The notes under the pieces were generated by a model. The model made no database searches, was not told the origin of the DNA, and saw nothing but the letters and a program-made list of their open reading frames with translations. A stretch of 64,000 bases of DNA from Acidobacteriota bacterium (lineage in GTDB: Bacteria; Acidobacteriota; Thermoanaerobaculia; Gp7-AA8), in the NCBI GenBank assembly GCA_019244185.1, contig JAFATB010000019.1, forward strand, positions 282,574-346,573, in the 5' to 3' direction. Of the stretch, positions 48,475 through 64,000 are shown piece after piece. Every line of letters starts with the position of its first letter. Position 1 is the stretch's first letter. The position numbers were made by a program, and so were the translations under genes.

Positions 48475-48490
48475 CGCAAACGCCGCGCCT
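48475..48490 (-). promoter_or_regulatory. Candidate sigma54 (-24/-12) promoter
   Basis: Minus strand AGGCGCGGCGTTTGCG = GG-N10-GC with TTGC. Confidence 0.5.
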
Positions 48491-48505
48491 AGGTGGCGCG
48501 GGCCC

Positions 48506-49792
48506 TCAGCTCCGGTCTCTGGATGAGACGAGCTGCCCGGCGATAAAGCTTCGCGAGACCGCGCGGTCGTCGCCCATGAAGATGAGGCCCGCGAGCAGGT
48601 CTTCGAGCGACGACGCGCGCGCGGTGCGGATCGTGAGCAGCGGCGTCGCGTGCAGATCGAGCACGAGAAAGTCCGCCGATTTGCCCGGCTCGAGGCTGCC
48701 GGTCTCCGCGTCGAGCGACAACGCGCAGGCGCCGCCGAGCGTGGCGAGATACCAGAGATGAAACGGACTGAGCGACACGCCCTGCACCTGCTGCACTTTG
48801 TACGCGTCCGCCATCGCGTTGAACATCGACGGCGTCGTACCCGCGCCGATGTCGCTGCCGAGTCCGACGACGACGCCCGCGTTCAGCACGCGATGCAGCG
48901 GGAAGAGTCCGCTGCCGAGGAAAAGGTTCGAGTTCGGGCAGTGCGCGATGCGCGCGCGGCGGCGCGACAGCAGGTCGAGCTCTTCCGCCGTGAGCCAGAC
49001 GCCGTGCGCAAGCACCGTCTTCTCATCGAGCAGACCATAGTGGTCGTACACGTCCGCGTACTCGGCCTCGGGGAAGAGCTCCTGCACCCAGCGCACTTCG
49101 TTCGTGTTCTCGGAGATGTGCGTGTGCACCCACGCGTCGGGAAACTCGCGTTTGAGCTGCCCCGCGTATTCGAGCTGCTCGGGCGTCGACGTCGGCGCGA
49201 AGCGCGGCGTGATCGCGTAGCGCAAGAGTCCGCGTCCGTGCCATTTCTCGAGCAGCGCGCGGCTTTCCTCGTACGACTGCCGCGGCGACTTGTCGAGCAG
49301 ATACTCGGGCGCGTGGCGATCCATCATCGTTTTGCCGACGATGCCGCGGAAGCCGCGGCGCTCCGCTTCCTCGAAGAAGATGTCGGTCGCCTCGTAATGA
49401 ATCGTCGAGAACACGAGCGCGGCGAGCGTGCCGTTGCGCAGCAGCTCGTCGTAGAACGCGCGTGCGACGCGGCGCGCGTGCTCCAGATCCTCGAACTTCC
49501 GCTCGGTCGGAAACGTGTAGCGATTCAGCCACTCGAGCAGATGTCCGCCGTACGAGCCGATCATCTCCAGCTGCGGCGCGTGGAGATGCGTGTCGATGAA
49601 GCCGGGCGCGATGAGCGCATCGCCGCAATCGACGGTCTCGCCTTCCGGCGCGTTGTCGCGTTCGCCGATTGCAGCGATACGGCCGTCCTGCACCGCGACG
49701 AAGCCGTGCTCGAAGTAGCGATACGAGGTTGAAACGTCGTGTGCGAACGGATCCGCCACCGGAGTGAAGACGCGCCCGCGGTAAACGTGCAC
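48506..49792 (-). CDS. guaD: Guanine deaminase
   Basis: PGFIDTHLHAPQ, LLEWLNRYTFPTE, TPRFAP, HISEN, HCPNSN, GSDIGAG. Confidence 0.93.
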   Translation of the reverse strand: MHVYRGRVFTPVADPFAHDVSTSYRYFEHGFVAVQDGRIAAIGERDNAPEGETVDCGDALIAPGFIDTHLHAPQLEMIGSYGGHLLEWLNRYTFPTERKFEDLEHARRVARAFYDELLRNGTLAALVFSTIHYEATDIFFEEAERRGFRGIVGKTMMDRHAPEYLLDKSPRQSYEESRALLEKWHGRGLLRYAITPRFAPTSTPEQLEYAGQLKREFPDAWVHTHISENTNEVRWVQELFPEAEYADVYDHYGLLDEKTVLAHGVWLTAEELDLLSRRRARIAHCPNSNLFLGSGLFPLHRVLNAGVVVGLGSDIGAGTTPSMFNAMADAYKVQQVQGVSLSPFHLWYLATLGGACALSLDAETGSLEPGKSADFLVLDLHATPLLTIRTARASSLEDLLAGLIFMGDDRAVSRSFIAGQLVSSRDRS

Positions 49793-49794
49793 GC

Positions 49795-53292
<3,498 letters not shown>

Positions 53293-53295
53293 GTC

Positions 53296-53484
53296 ATGCC
53301 TCTCTATCGCTCGCGGCGTTACAAGATTCTCGGCGGAGTCTGCGGCGGCATCGCCGAATGGCTCGGCTGGGATCCTACCGTCGTGCGCATCCTCTACGTC
53401 GTCGGCTCGATCATCTCCGTCGCGTTTCCAGGCGCGATCGTCTACGTGGTGTTGTGGGCGCTCATGCCGAACGCGCCGGCGTGA
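53296..53484 (+). CDS. pspC: PspC domain protein
   Basis: LYRSRRYKILGGVCGGIAEWLGWDPTVVR plus TM. Confidence 0.88.
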   Translation: MPLYRSRRYKILGGVCGGIAEWLGWDPTVVRILYVVGSIISVAFPGAIVYVVLWALMPNAPA

Positions 53485-53871
53485 TCACGCGGTTTCGCGC
53501 GTGCAGCGGCTGCGGATGTAGGCGGCGACGTCCGTCGGCTCGATCGGCTTGGTGAAGATCGCCTTCACGACGTAGCGATCCGCGGGATCGGCGAACAGCA
53601 CGCGATCGGGGAACCCGGTCACCGCCACGACCTCGAGGTCGGGGTTCGTGCGCGCGATGTGCGTCACGACCGAAGAGCCGTGGATGTTCGGCAGCAGCAT
53701 GTCGAGCACGACGCAGCAGTAGTCGCCGCCGTGCGCGTCGACGTGCTGCACGGCTTCGCGCCCGTCGGCGGCGACGTCGACATCCAATCCCGCCTTCTGC
53801 AGTGCCTTCTCGAACGCGTAGCGCAGACCTTCATCATCTTCGACGAGAAGCACGCGATGGGACTTTGCCAT
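53485..53871 (-). CDS. Single-domain response regulator
   Basis: LLVEDD, VLDMLLP phosphoacceptor, VTG, KP. Confidence 0.88.
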   Translation of the reverse strand: MAKSHRVLLVEDDEGLRYAFEKALQKAGLDVDVAADGREAVQHVDAHGGDYCCVVLDMLLPNIHGSSVVTHIARTNPDLEVVAVTGFPDRVLFADPADRYVVKAIFTKPIEPTDVAAYIRSRCTRETA

Positions 53872-53911
53872 GGGCGCGCGAATATAGCAGGTTTGCTATC
53901 CTCCGCGTCGC

Positions 53912-55021
53912 ATGAGCACCGCGCGCCGTATCGGCGAAACGTTTCTCGCCGAGCCGCCGAAAGCGCTCGAGCTCCCGGACGGTTTTCGCTTCTCGCACGG
54001 CCAGACGCTGGCGCCGTTCACCATCGTCTACGAAACGTTCGGCACGCTGAACGCGGACCGCTCGAACGCGATCCTCGTCTGCCACGCCCTCTCCGCGAGC
54101 GCGCACGCGGCCGGCAAGTACACCGACGATCCGAACGAGAAGCCCGGGTGGTGGGATGGGCTCATCGGCTACGGCAAGCCGATCGATCTCGATCGTGACT
54201 TCGTCGTCTGCGTCAACTTCCCCGGCTCGCCGTTCGGCACCACCGCGCCGAAGTGGATCGATCCGGCGACCGGCACTCCGTACGGCTCGCGCTATCCGTG
54301 GCCGACCATCGAAGACATGGTCGCGTCGCAGAAGCTCGTCCTCGAACACCTCGGCATCACGCATCTACGCGCCATCGCCGGCGGCTCGCTCGGCGGCATG
54401 CAGGCGCTCATGTGGGCCGCGATGTATCCCGACATGGCAGACGCGATCGTGGCGATGGCCACCGGTTGCGCCGTTCCGGTGACCGGCATCTCGTGGCATA
54501 TCCTCGGCCGCAAGATCGTCGAAGCCGATCAGCGCTTCAACGGCGGCGACTACTACGGCGATCCCGAGCCGCTGCGCGGCCTCGAGGTCGCGCGCATGCT
54601 CGGGCACATGACCTATCTCTCCGCCGAGTCGCTGCAGCGAAAATTCGGACGCCGGCGCCGCGGCAACACGCGGCAGTTCGAGATCGACTCCTACTTCGAA
54701 CACCAGGGCCGCAAGTTCGCGACCGCGTACGACGCGAACTGCTACATCCGCGTGCAGGCGGCGATGGACGAGATGGATCTCGCCGAGCAGTACGGCAGCC
54801 TCGAACAAGCGTTCGCGAACTGGCGCGGGAAGACGCTGCTCGTGTCGTTCGACACCGACTGGCTGTTTCCGCCGCGTGAGAGCGAGCGCGCCGCCGCGGC
54901 GATGCAGTCGCTCGGCATCGACGTGCGGCACGAGGCGATCGCGTCCGCGAACGGACACGACACGTTCCTCATCGACTATCACCTGATCAACGACGTCGTG
55001 CGCGACTTCCTGCAGAGCTAG
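53912..55021 (+). CDS. metX: Homoserine O-acetyltransferase (MetX family)
   Basis: YETFGTLN, VCHALS, GGSLGGMQAL, DWLFPP, GHDTFL. Confidence 0.88.
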   Translation: MSTARRIGETFLAEPPKALELPDGFRFSHGQTLAPFTIVYETFGTLNADRSNAILVCHALSASAHAAGKYTDDPNEKPGWWDGLIGYGKPIDLDRDFVVCVNFPGSPFGTTAPKWIDPATGTPYGSRYPWPTIEDMVASQKLVLEHLGITHLRAIAGGSLGGMQALMWAAMYPDMADAIVAMATGCAVPVTGISWHILGRKIVEADQRFNGGDYYGDPEPLRGLEVARMLGHMTYLSAESLQRKFGRRRRGNTRQFEIDSYFEHQGRKFATAYDANCYIRVQAAMDEMDLAEQYGSLEQAFANWRGKTLLVSFDTDWLFPPRESERAAAAMQSLGIDVRHEAIASANGHDTFLIDYHLINDVVRDFLQS

Positions 55022-55338
55022 CGAAAGCTCTCGTCCGGCTCGCTGAGGAACTCGACGTCTTCGAGCGGCGCGATACCGCTGCCGCCGTCGAGCATGCGAT
55101 AGCCGACCGCGACTTCGCCGTCTTCGAGGCGCTCGACCTGGATCACGATCACGGGCGTCGCCTCGCCGATCCCGTCCTCGCGCACGATCGCGCACGACGG
55201 CAGATCGATCTCGACGACCGCATCGCCGCCGACGGCGAAGACCGCGCGGCCTTCCGCGACGTCGCCTTCGTTCGCGGGTCGACCTTCCATCGCCGGCGTT
55301 TCGCGCCAGCGCTTCATGTCGATCGGGTCGTCGAGCAC
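55018..55338 (-). CDS. Small acidic hypothetical protein
   Basis: GTG start 4 nt after topA stop; typical codon usage. Confidence 0.6.
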   Translation of the reverse strand: MLDDPIDMKRWRETPAMEGRPANEGDVAEGRAVFAVGGDAVVEIDLPSCAIVREDGIGEATPVIVIQVERLEDGEVAVGYRMLDGGSGIAPLEDVEFLSEPDESFR

Positions 55339-55342
55339 GGCG

Positions 55343-57781
55343 TTATTCGTTCGCTGCGGCAGGCGGCGCGATCGGCGCGCGGTAATCGCACTCGGGATTG
55401 TTGCAGTACTCGATGTGCCCCTCGCGCTTGGTCTCCTTCTCGAGGAGATACGGCGCGTGGCACTTCGGGCACTCGCGGGCGACCGGGCGATTGTTCAGCG
55501 TGAACTCGCACTTCGGATAGCGGTTGCACGAGTAAAAGACGCCGCGGCGCGAGATGCGCTCGACGAGCTCGCCCTCGTTGCAGCTCGGGCACTTCACGCC
55601 GGTCGGCTTGGGCGGCGTTCCCTTGCGTCCGATCTTGCGAATCGTTTTGCAGTCGGGATAGCCGGAGCAGGAGTAGAACGGGCCGTAGCGGCCGCTCTTG
55701 AGCACCATCTCCTTGCCGCAGTTCTCACACGGCGGCTGCGGCTCGGTCGGCAGGTTCGCCGCCTGCTTCATGAGCTTCGGGTCTTTCGTGTTCTTGCAGT
55801 CGGGATAACCCGTGCACGCGAAGAACTGGCCGAAGCGCGAGCGCTTGAGCTGCATCGGCTTGCCGCACTTGTCGCAGATGACCTGCTCGTCGTCCGACGT
55901 CGCTTCCGCGGCGTCGCCTTTCGCCATTTCCTTCGTGGTCTTGCACTCCGGGTAGTTCGAGCAGGCGAGGAACTCGCCGAAGCGCCCGAACTTGATGACC
56001 ATCGGCGAGCCGCAGTTCTCGCACTTTTCCTCGGTCTCGAGGCCGGTGCCTTTGACCTGCGTCATCTCTTTGCCGGCGCGGGCGAGATCCTTGTTGAACT
56101 TGCCGGAGAACTCGCGCATCGCGGCGGTCCACTCGAGCTTTCCGTCCTCGATCTCGTCGAGCTCCTCTTCGAGGCGCGCGGTGTACGACTCGTCGATGAT
56201 GTCGCCAAAGGACTGCTTGAGCAGTTTCACGACGAGCGCGCCGAGGTGCGTCGGGTGGAACTTGCCGTCGTGCTTGTAGGTGTAGTCGCGGGCCTGGATC
56301 GTGGTGAGGATCGAGCCGTAGGTCGACGGGCGGCCGATGCCGTTCTCTTCGAGCGCCTTCACCAGCGTCGCCTCGGTGTAGCGCGGCGGCGGTTGCGTGA
56401 AGTTCTGCTTCGTCTCGAGGTCGAGCAGCTCGAGCACGTCTCCTTCGTTCATCGGCGGCAGCGCCTTGTCGTTCTTCTTCTCGGCATCTTCGTCGTCGTC
56501 TTCGGCAGGCGCGTCCTGGAAGACGGCGAGGAAGCCGGCGAACTTCTGCACTTCACCGGAGGCGCGGAGCGTCAGGTTGCCGTTGGCGATGTCGACGTCG
56601 GTGACGTCGAAGAGGGCCGGCTTCATCTGCGAGGCGACGAAGCGGTCCCAGATCATCTTGTAGAGGTTGTACTCCTCGCGCGTCAGGAAGTCCTTGACCT
56701 TCTCCGGCTCGAGCTCCATCGACGTGGGACGGATGGCCTCGTGCGCTTCCTGCGCCTGTGCAGCTTTCTTGACACGATATACGTTCGGCTTTTCGGGAAG
56801 GATATCGTCGCCGTATTTTGTGCCGATATAGCGTCGCACTTCACCGAGCGCGTCATCGCTGATGCGAACCGAGTCGGTGCGCATGTAGGTGATGAGACCG
56901 GCGAAGCCGAAGGTGCCGAGCTCTTTGCCTTCGTACAGCTTCTGCGCGATCTGCATCGTGCGCTTCACGGGGTACTTGAAGCGGTTGTACGCGGTGCGCT
57001 GCAGCGTCGAGGTGATGAACGGCGGCGCGGCGGACTGCTTCTTTTCCTTGCGCGCGATCTCGGCGACGACGAACTGTCCGCTCTTCAGCGCCGCTTCGAT
57101 CGCCCGCGCCTGCGCCTCGTTCGGCACGTCGGCTTTCTTGCCGTCGACCTTCGAGAGCTTCGCGGTGAACGGCGGCGGCGTGTTGCCGGAAAGGCGCGCG
57201 GCGAACGACCAGTACTCTTCCGGCACGAACGCTTTGATCTCGTCTTCGCGGTCGACGATCATCTTCATCGCCACCGACTGCACGCGTCCGGCGGAGAGAC
57301 CGCGGCGCACCTTGTCCCACAGCAGCGGCGAGAGCTTGTAGCCGACGAGGCGGTCGAGCACGCGCCGGGCCTGCTGCGCGTTGACCTTGTTCATGTCGAT
57401 CTCGCCCGGCTGTTCGATGGCCTTGCGGACCGCGTTCTTGGTGATCTCGTGGAAGAGGATGCGGCGGACTTTCTTCTTCGCGTCGCCGCCGAGGAGGTTC
57501 ATCACGTGCCACCCGATCGCCTCGCCTTCGCGATCAGGGTCCGACGCGATGTAGATGGTGTCGGCGTTCTTCGCCGCGGCGCGCAGTTCGCTGACGACCT
57601 TCTCTTTGCCTTCGAGCACCTCGTACTTCGGCTCGAACGATTCTTCGTCGACGCCGAGCTCGCTCTTCGGCAGATCGCGCACGTGACCGACCGACGCCTT
57701 CACGACGTAATCCTTGCCGATGAATTTGTTGATCGTCTTCGCTTTGGCGGGAGACTCGACGATGACGAGGTGCTTGCTCAT
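55343..57781 (-). CDS. topA: DNA topoisomerase I with C-terminal zinc ribbons
   Basis: VIVESPAKAK, DPDREGEA, SAGRVQS, LITYMRTDS, GIGRPST, C4 zinc-ribbon repeats. Confidence 0.97.
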   Translation of the reverse strand: MSKHLVIVESPAKAKTINKFIGKDYVVKASVGHVRDLPKSELGVDEESFEPKYEVLEGKEKVVSELRAAAKNADTIYIASDPDREGEAIGWHVMNLLGGDAKKKVRRILFHEITKNAVRKAIEQPGEIDMNKVNAQQARRVLDRLVGYKLSPLLWDKVRRGLSAGRVQSVAMKMIVDREDEIKAFVPEEYWSFAARLSGNTPPPFTAKLSKVDGKKADVPNEAQARAIEAALKSGQFVVAEIARKEKKQSAAPPFITSTLQRTAYNRFKYPVKRTMQIAQKLYEGKELGTFGFAGLITYMRTDSVRISDDALGEVRRYIGTKYGDDILPEKPNVYRVKKAAQAQEAHEAIRPTSMELEPEKVKDFLTREEYNLYKMIWDRFVASQMKPALFDVTDVDIANGNLTLRASGEVQKFAGFLAVFQDAPAEDDDEDAEKKNDKALPPMNEGDVLELLDLETKQNFTQPPPRYTEATLVKALEENGIGRPSTYGSILTTIQARDYTYKHDGKFHPTHLGALVVKLLKQSFGDIIDESYTARLEEELDEIEDGKLEWTAAMREFSGKFNKDLARAGKEMTQVKGTGLETEEKCENCGSPMVIKFGRFGEFLACSNYPECKTTKEMAKGDAAEATSDDEQVICDKCGKPMQLKRSRFGQFFACTGYPDCKNTKDPKLMKQAANLPTEPQPPCENCGKEMVLKSGRYGPFYSCSGYPDCKTIRKIGRKGTPPKPTGVKCPSCNEGELVERISRRGVFYSCNRYPKCEFTLNNRPVARECPKCHAPYLLEKETKREGHIEYCNNPECDYRAPIAPPAAANE

Positions 57782-57892
57782 TGCGGAACGGCCAAATGCG
57801 TTCGGGGACGACCGTTATTCCGCGGCAAACCTTAACAGAGCAGTGCGATCCGCGCCAAAACTCCTACAACCAGTGGAGTTAGCGGCGCGGCG

Positions 57893-59265
<1,373 letters not shown>

Positions 59266-59269
<4 letters not shown>

Positions 59270-59931
59270 CGTGCTCCCAGAGGCAACGACAGCCGAAGGG
59301 TGACCTTATCACTTTCCTCCACGGCGTTCAGCCCGCCGCCGTAGGTCTCGGCGACGAGACGCGCGACGGCAAGCGAAAGGTCGGGATTCCCGGATGGGTC
59401 AGTGTAGTAGAACTTGAAGATCTTGGTGACCTCGAAGTCGGCAGGCTCGGGCGTGCCCGCAATGGCGACGCTGAACCGCGTCGCATCGTGTTCCGCGCTC
59501 GCCCGCAAGCCGTCCGCGGCGAACAGTTTCGTCGCGCCCTCGAAGAACAGCTTCATCGCCTGCCGGATTCTCGCTTCGTGTGCGTCGATCATGACGGGCC
59601 CGTCAAATTCGAGCGCCACTCCGGCCGACGATGCGGCACCCGCGGCGATCGACGCGATGTCGAGCGGCACCGGCAGCCCTTCATTGCGCGGCGGCGTCGA
59701 GAGCAGAAAGAACGCGTCGAAGATGCGTCCCATGCGGCGCAGCTCGAGGTCGATCGCCTGCGTGTAGCCGTTCACCTTGTCGTCTTCTTCACCGCCGAGG
59801 AGCTTGCGCAGACGCATGCGCAGCAATTCCAGATTGAGCACCGCCACGTTGAGCGGTGTCTTCAAGTCGTGCGCAGTGTCGGCGCTGCGCCGAAAGTTCG
59901 CGTGCGCGAAGTGCTCGAGCCAGGGTTCCAT
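59266..59931 (-). CDS. Sensorless histidine-kinase-like protein with degenerate HATPase domain
   Basis: H-box AHDLKTPLN near N-terminus; N, G1 and G2 boxes degenerate; ATGA overlap with regulator. Confidence 0.72.
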
Positions 59932-59957
59932 GGTGTGTTGAACCGCGGCGAGCCTAA

Positions 59958-59973
59958 TGCAAACTTTCGGCCG
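59958..59973 (-). promoter_or_regulatory. Candidate sigma54 (-24/-12) promoter
   Basis: Minus strand CGGCCGAAAGTTTGCA = GG-N10-GC with TTGCA, 26 nt before ATG. Confidence 0.55.
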
Positions 59974-59980
59974 AGCCTGC

Positions 59981-60397
59981 CTACATGTCGCGATGCACGT
60001 TGATCATCGCGACCGACTCTTCGAGACGCGTTTCGAGAATCGCGAACTCCGGATCGTGCGCCGCGAGGAGCGCGATCTGGCGCTCGGCCAGACGACGCTC
60101 CTCCTCGGCCGCCACCGCATCGATCTCCGTCGGCAGAAACCCACGCTCGGCGAGCACGATCACGCGGTCCGGCAGCACCTCCGCGAATCCCCACGAGATC
60201 ACGAGGCGCTCGACTTTCGTGCCCGTGCGGTAGCGCATCTGTCCGATGCGCAGCATCGCCAGCAGCGGCGTATGACCGGGAAGAATGCCGATCTCGCCGT
60301 CCGTCGCCGGCAGGACGACTTCGTCGACCTGCACGTCGATGATCTTTCGCTCACGCGTGACGACGGTGAGATCGAGTTTCGTCGGGAGATCGGCCAT
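59981..60397 (-). CDS. atpC: ATP synthase F1 epsilon subunit
   Basis: GEIGILPGHTPL, GFAEV; position after atpD. Confidence 0.93.
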   Translation of the reverse strand: MADLPTKLDLTVVTRERKIIDVQVDEVVLPATDGEIGILPGHTPLLAMLRIGQMRYRTGTKVERLVISWGFAEVLPDRVIVLAERGFLPTEIDAVAAEEERRLAERQIALLAAHDPEFAILETRLEESVAMINVHRDM

Positions 60398-60405
60398 CGT
60401 CGTTC

Positions 60406-61872
<1,467 letters not shown>

Positions 61873-62736
61873 TTACTGTGCGGCTGCCGCGGCGCCGGAC
61901 ACGATCTCGATGATCTCCTTCGTGATCGACGCCTGGCGGATGCGGTTGTAGGTGAGCGTGAGGTGAGCGATCACCTCGGTCGCATTCTTGGTTGCGGCTT
62001 CCATCGCCGTCATGCGCGCGCCGTGCTCCGCCGCGATCGACTCGAGCAACATGCGGTAGAGCTGAAACTCGATGTGCTTCGGCAGCAGATCGTTGAGGAT
62101 CCGCTCCGGCGACGGCTCGTAGAGATACTCGATCATCGCCTCCGGCGGCTGCTCCGCCGGACGATCGAGCGGCAAGAGCCGCTGCAGCGTTACGCGCTGC
62201 GCGATGATCGACTTGAATTCGTTGTAGATGACGTAGACGGCGTCGAACGTGCCGGCGAGATAGTCTTCGATGAGCGACTGCGCGATCTCGTGCGCGGTCT
62301 CGAGCGACAGCGCCTGAAAGACGTGCGCGGCCTGGCGACGAACCGGATACGGCCGGCGCTTGAAGAAGTCCATCGCCTTGCGGCCGATCGGCAGGATCTC
62401 GACGTTCGTCCAGCCGTGCTGCGCGATCTCGTTCTGCGCGGCGCGGATGACGTTCGCGTTGAACGCGCCGCAGAGGCCGCGGTCCGCCGTGATCACGACC
62501 AGCAGGATCTTCGACTCCGTCTCGCGCGGCGTGAGCAGCGGATGCTGCGACACGTCCACGCGCATGGCGACGGAGGCGAGCACCTCGCGCAGCGCGGCCG
62601 AGTAGGGACGCGCCGCCAGCATGCGCTCCTGCGCGCGACGCAGCTTCGCCGCGGCGACCATCTTCATCGCCTTGGTGATCTGCTGAATGTTCTTGACGCT
62701 GCGGATGCGGCGTCGAAGGTCGATCGTGCTGGGCAT
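61873..62736 (-). CDS. atpG: ATP synthase F1 gamma subunit
   Basis: ITKAMKMVAAAK, DRGLCGAFN, RQASITKEIIEIVSGA. Confidence 0.97.
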   Translation of the reverse strand: MPSTIDLRRRIRSVKNIQQITKAMKMVAAAKLRRAQERMLAARPYSAALREVLASVAMRVDVSQHPLLTPRETESKILLVVITADRGLCGAFNANVIRAAQNEIAQHGWTNVEILPIGRKAMDFFKRRPYPVRRQAAHVFQALSLETAHEIAQSLIEDYLAGTFDAVYVIYNEFKSIIAQRVTLQRLLPLDRPAEQPPEAMIEYLYEPSPERILNDLLPKHIEFQLYRMLLESIAAEHGARMTAMEAATKNATEVIAHLTLTYNRIRQASITKEIIEIVSGAAAAAQ

Positions 62737-62742
62737 GTTCGT

Positions 62743-63999
62743 CTACGCCGCGAGGACGTTCGCGTTTTCCTTCACGTACTGGTCTTTGAAGGTGCTGATC
62801 GCCGTGCGCAGCGCGCCTTCGAGCTCCGCGTCGAACTTCGTCGCGGTCTCGAGCTTGTCGACGAGCTGCGCGTGTTCGTCGGCGAGGTACTGATGCAGCG
62901 CCGCTTCGAACGGACGCACCGCGCTCACCGCGAGGTTGTCGAGGAAGCCCTTCGTGCCCGCGTACACCGACGCTGTCTGAAGCCCGACGCGCAGCGGCTG
63001 ATACTGCCCCTGCTTGAGGATCTCGACGAGGCGCTGTCCGCGATTCAGCTGCTGCTGCGTGACTTTGTCGAGGTCGGAGCCGAACTGCGCGAACGCCGCG
63101 AGCTCGCGGTACTGCGCGAGGTCGAGACGCAGCGTGCCGGACACCGAGCGCATCGAACGTACCTGCGCGGAACCGCCGACGCGCGAGACCGAGATGCCGA
63201 CGTTGATCGCGGGACGGACGCCGCTGTGGAAAAGGTCCGTCTCGAGGAAGATCTGGCCGTCGGTGATCGAGATGACGTTCGTCGGGATGTAGGCCGACAC
63301 GTCGTTGCCCTTGGTCTCGATGATCGGCAGGCCCGTGAGCGAGCCGCCGCCGAGGTCGTCGGAGAGCTTCGCGCAACGCTCGAGGAGGCGACTGTGCAGG
63401 TAGAACACGTCGCCGGGGTAGGCCTCACGGCCGGCCGGGCGACGCAGCAGCAGCGAGATGTTGCGGTAGGAGTCGGCCTGCTTGGACAGGTCATCGAAGA
63501 CGATGAGCGCGTGCTCGCCGTTGTACATCCAGTGCTGCGCGATCGCGGAGCCGGCGTACGGGGCGATGTACTTGAACGCGGCCGGGAACGCCGCAGGGGC
63601 CGCCACGATGGTGGTGTACTCCATCGCGCCGGCTTCCTCGAGTGCCGCCTGGACCTGGGCCACCGTCGACGCCTTCTGGCCGATCGCGACGTAGACGCAC
63701 TTCACGATCTGCTTCTTGTCGCCGCTCTTCCAGCCGTCCCGCTGGTTGATGATCGCGTCGAGCGCGACCGCGGTCTTGCCGGTCTGCCGGTCGCCGATGA
63801 TCAGCTGGCGCTGTCCGCGGCCGATGGCGGTCATCGAGTCGATGGCCTTGATGCCGGTCAGCAGCGGCTCGCGGACCTCCTGGCGCTGCACCACGGTGGG
63901 GGCCTGCAGCTCCAGGGCGCGCCGCTCGTCGGAGGCGATCTCGCCCTGCCCGTCGATCGGGTTGCCCAGCGGGTCGACCACGCGGCCGAGGTAGTTGTC
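62743..63999 (-). CDS. atpA: ATP synthase F1 alpha subunit (5' truncated by window edge; apparently mosaic)
   Basis: [41 protein letters not shown]. Confidence 0.96.
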   Translation of the reverse strand, partial: DNYLGRVVDPLGNPIDGQGEIASDERRALELQAPTVVQRQEVREPLLTGIKAIDSMTAIGRGQRQLIIGDRQTGKTAVALDAIINQRDGWKSGDKKQIVKCVYVAIGQKASTVAQVQAALEEAGAMEYTTIVAAPAAFPAAFKYIAPYAGSAIAQHWMYNGEHALIVFDDLSKQADSYRNISLLLRRPAGREAYPGDVFYLHSRLLERCAKLSDDLGGGSLTGLPIIETKGNDVSAYIPTNVISITDGQIFLETDLFHSGVRPAINVGISVSRVGGSAQVRSMRSVSGTLRLDLAQYRELAAFAQFGSDLDKVTQQQLNRGQRLVEILKQGQYQPLRVGLQTASVYAGTKGFLDNLAVSAVRPFEAALHQYLADEHAQLVDKLETATKFDAELEGALRTAISTFKDQYVKENANVLAA

Positions 64000-64000
64000 G

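Overview
High-GC, gene-dense bacterial chromosomal segment. Gene content (VWFA-related protein, GAF/Pro-rich protein next to slt, NtrC-family regulators, atpAGDC) suggests Acidobacteriota, possibly Thermoanaerobaculia; this is inference only. Most genes are housekeeping: sod, ABC exporter, yvcK, glmU, suhB-mpg-yigZ, slt, thioredoxins, serB-aminotransferase-serA, uvrA, OPT transporter, guaD, mdh, ATP-dependent ligase, metX, topA and atpCDGA. I saw no rRNA, tRNA, CRISPR array, IS or prophage. Most notable observations: (1) a lower-GC three-gene islet (35634-37428) encoding a stand-alone toxin-like 100-aa protein whose Shine-Dalgarno can be sequestered by its own 5' end, an acidic immunity-like protein, and an XRE-HTH/ImmA-IrrE metallopeptidase; (2) an esterase / ATP-grasp / YbdK ligase / class I amidotransferase cluster with unknown product; (3) a ~1260-aa sigma54 activator with degenerate kinase and STAND-like modules; (4) a sensorless pseudo-histidine kinase coupled to an NtrC-type regulator behind a sigma54 promoter; (5) TAnnnT -10 boxes 6-11 nt from many start codons, suggesting leaderless or very short-leader transcription; (6) a 64-bp-stem REPIN-like hairpin and a heptamer repeat; (7) an atpA whose 5' part has actinobacterial signatures, pointing to an assembly chimera or recombination near 63240-63305. 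All protein calls come from motif recognition by eye, not database searches.
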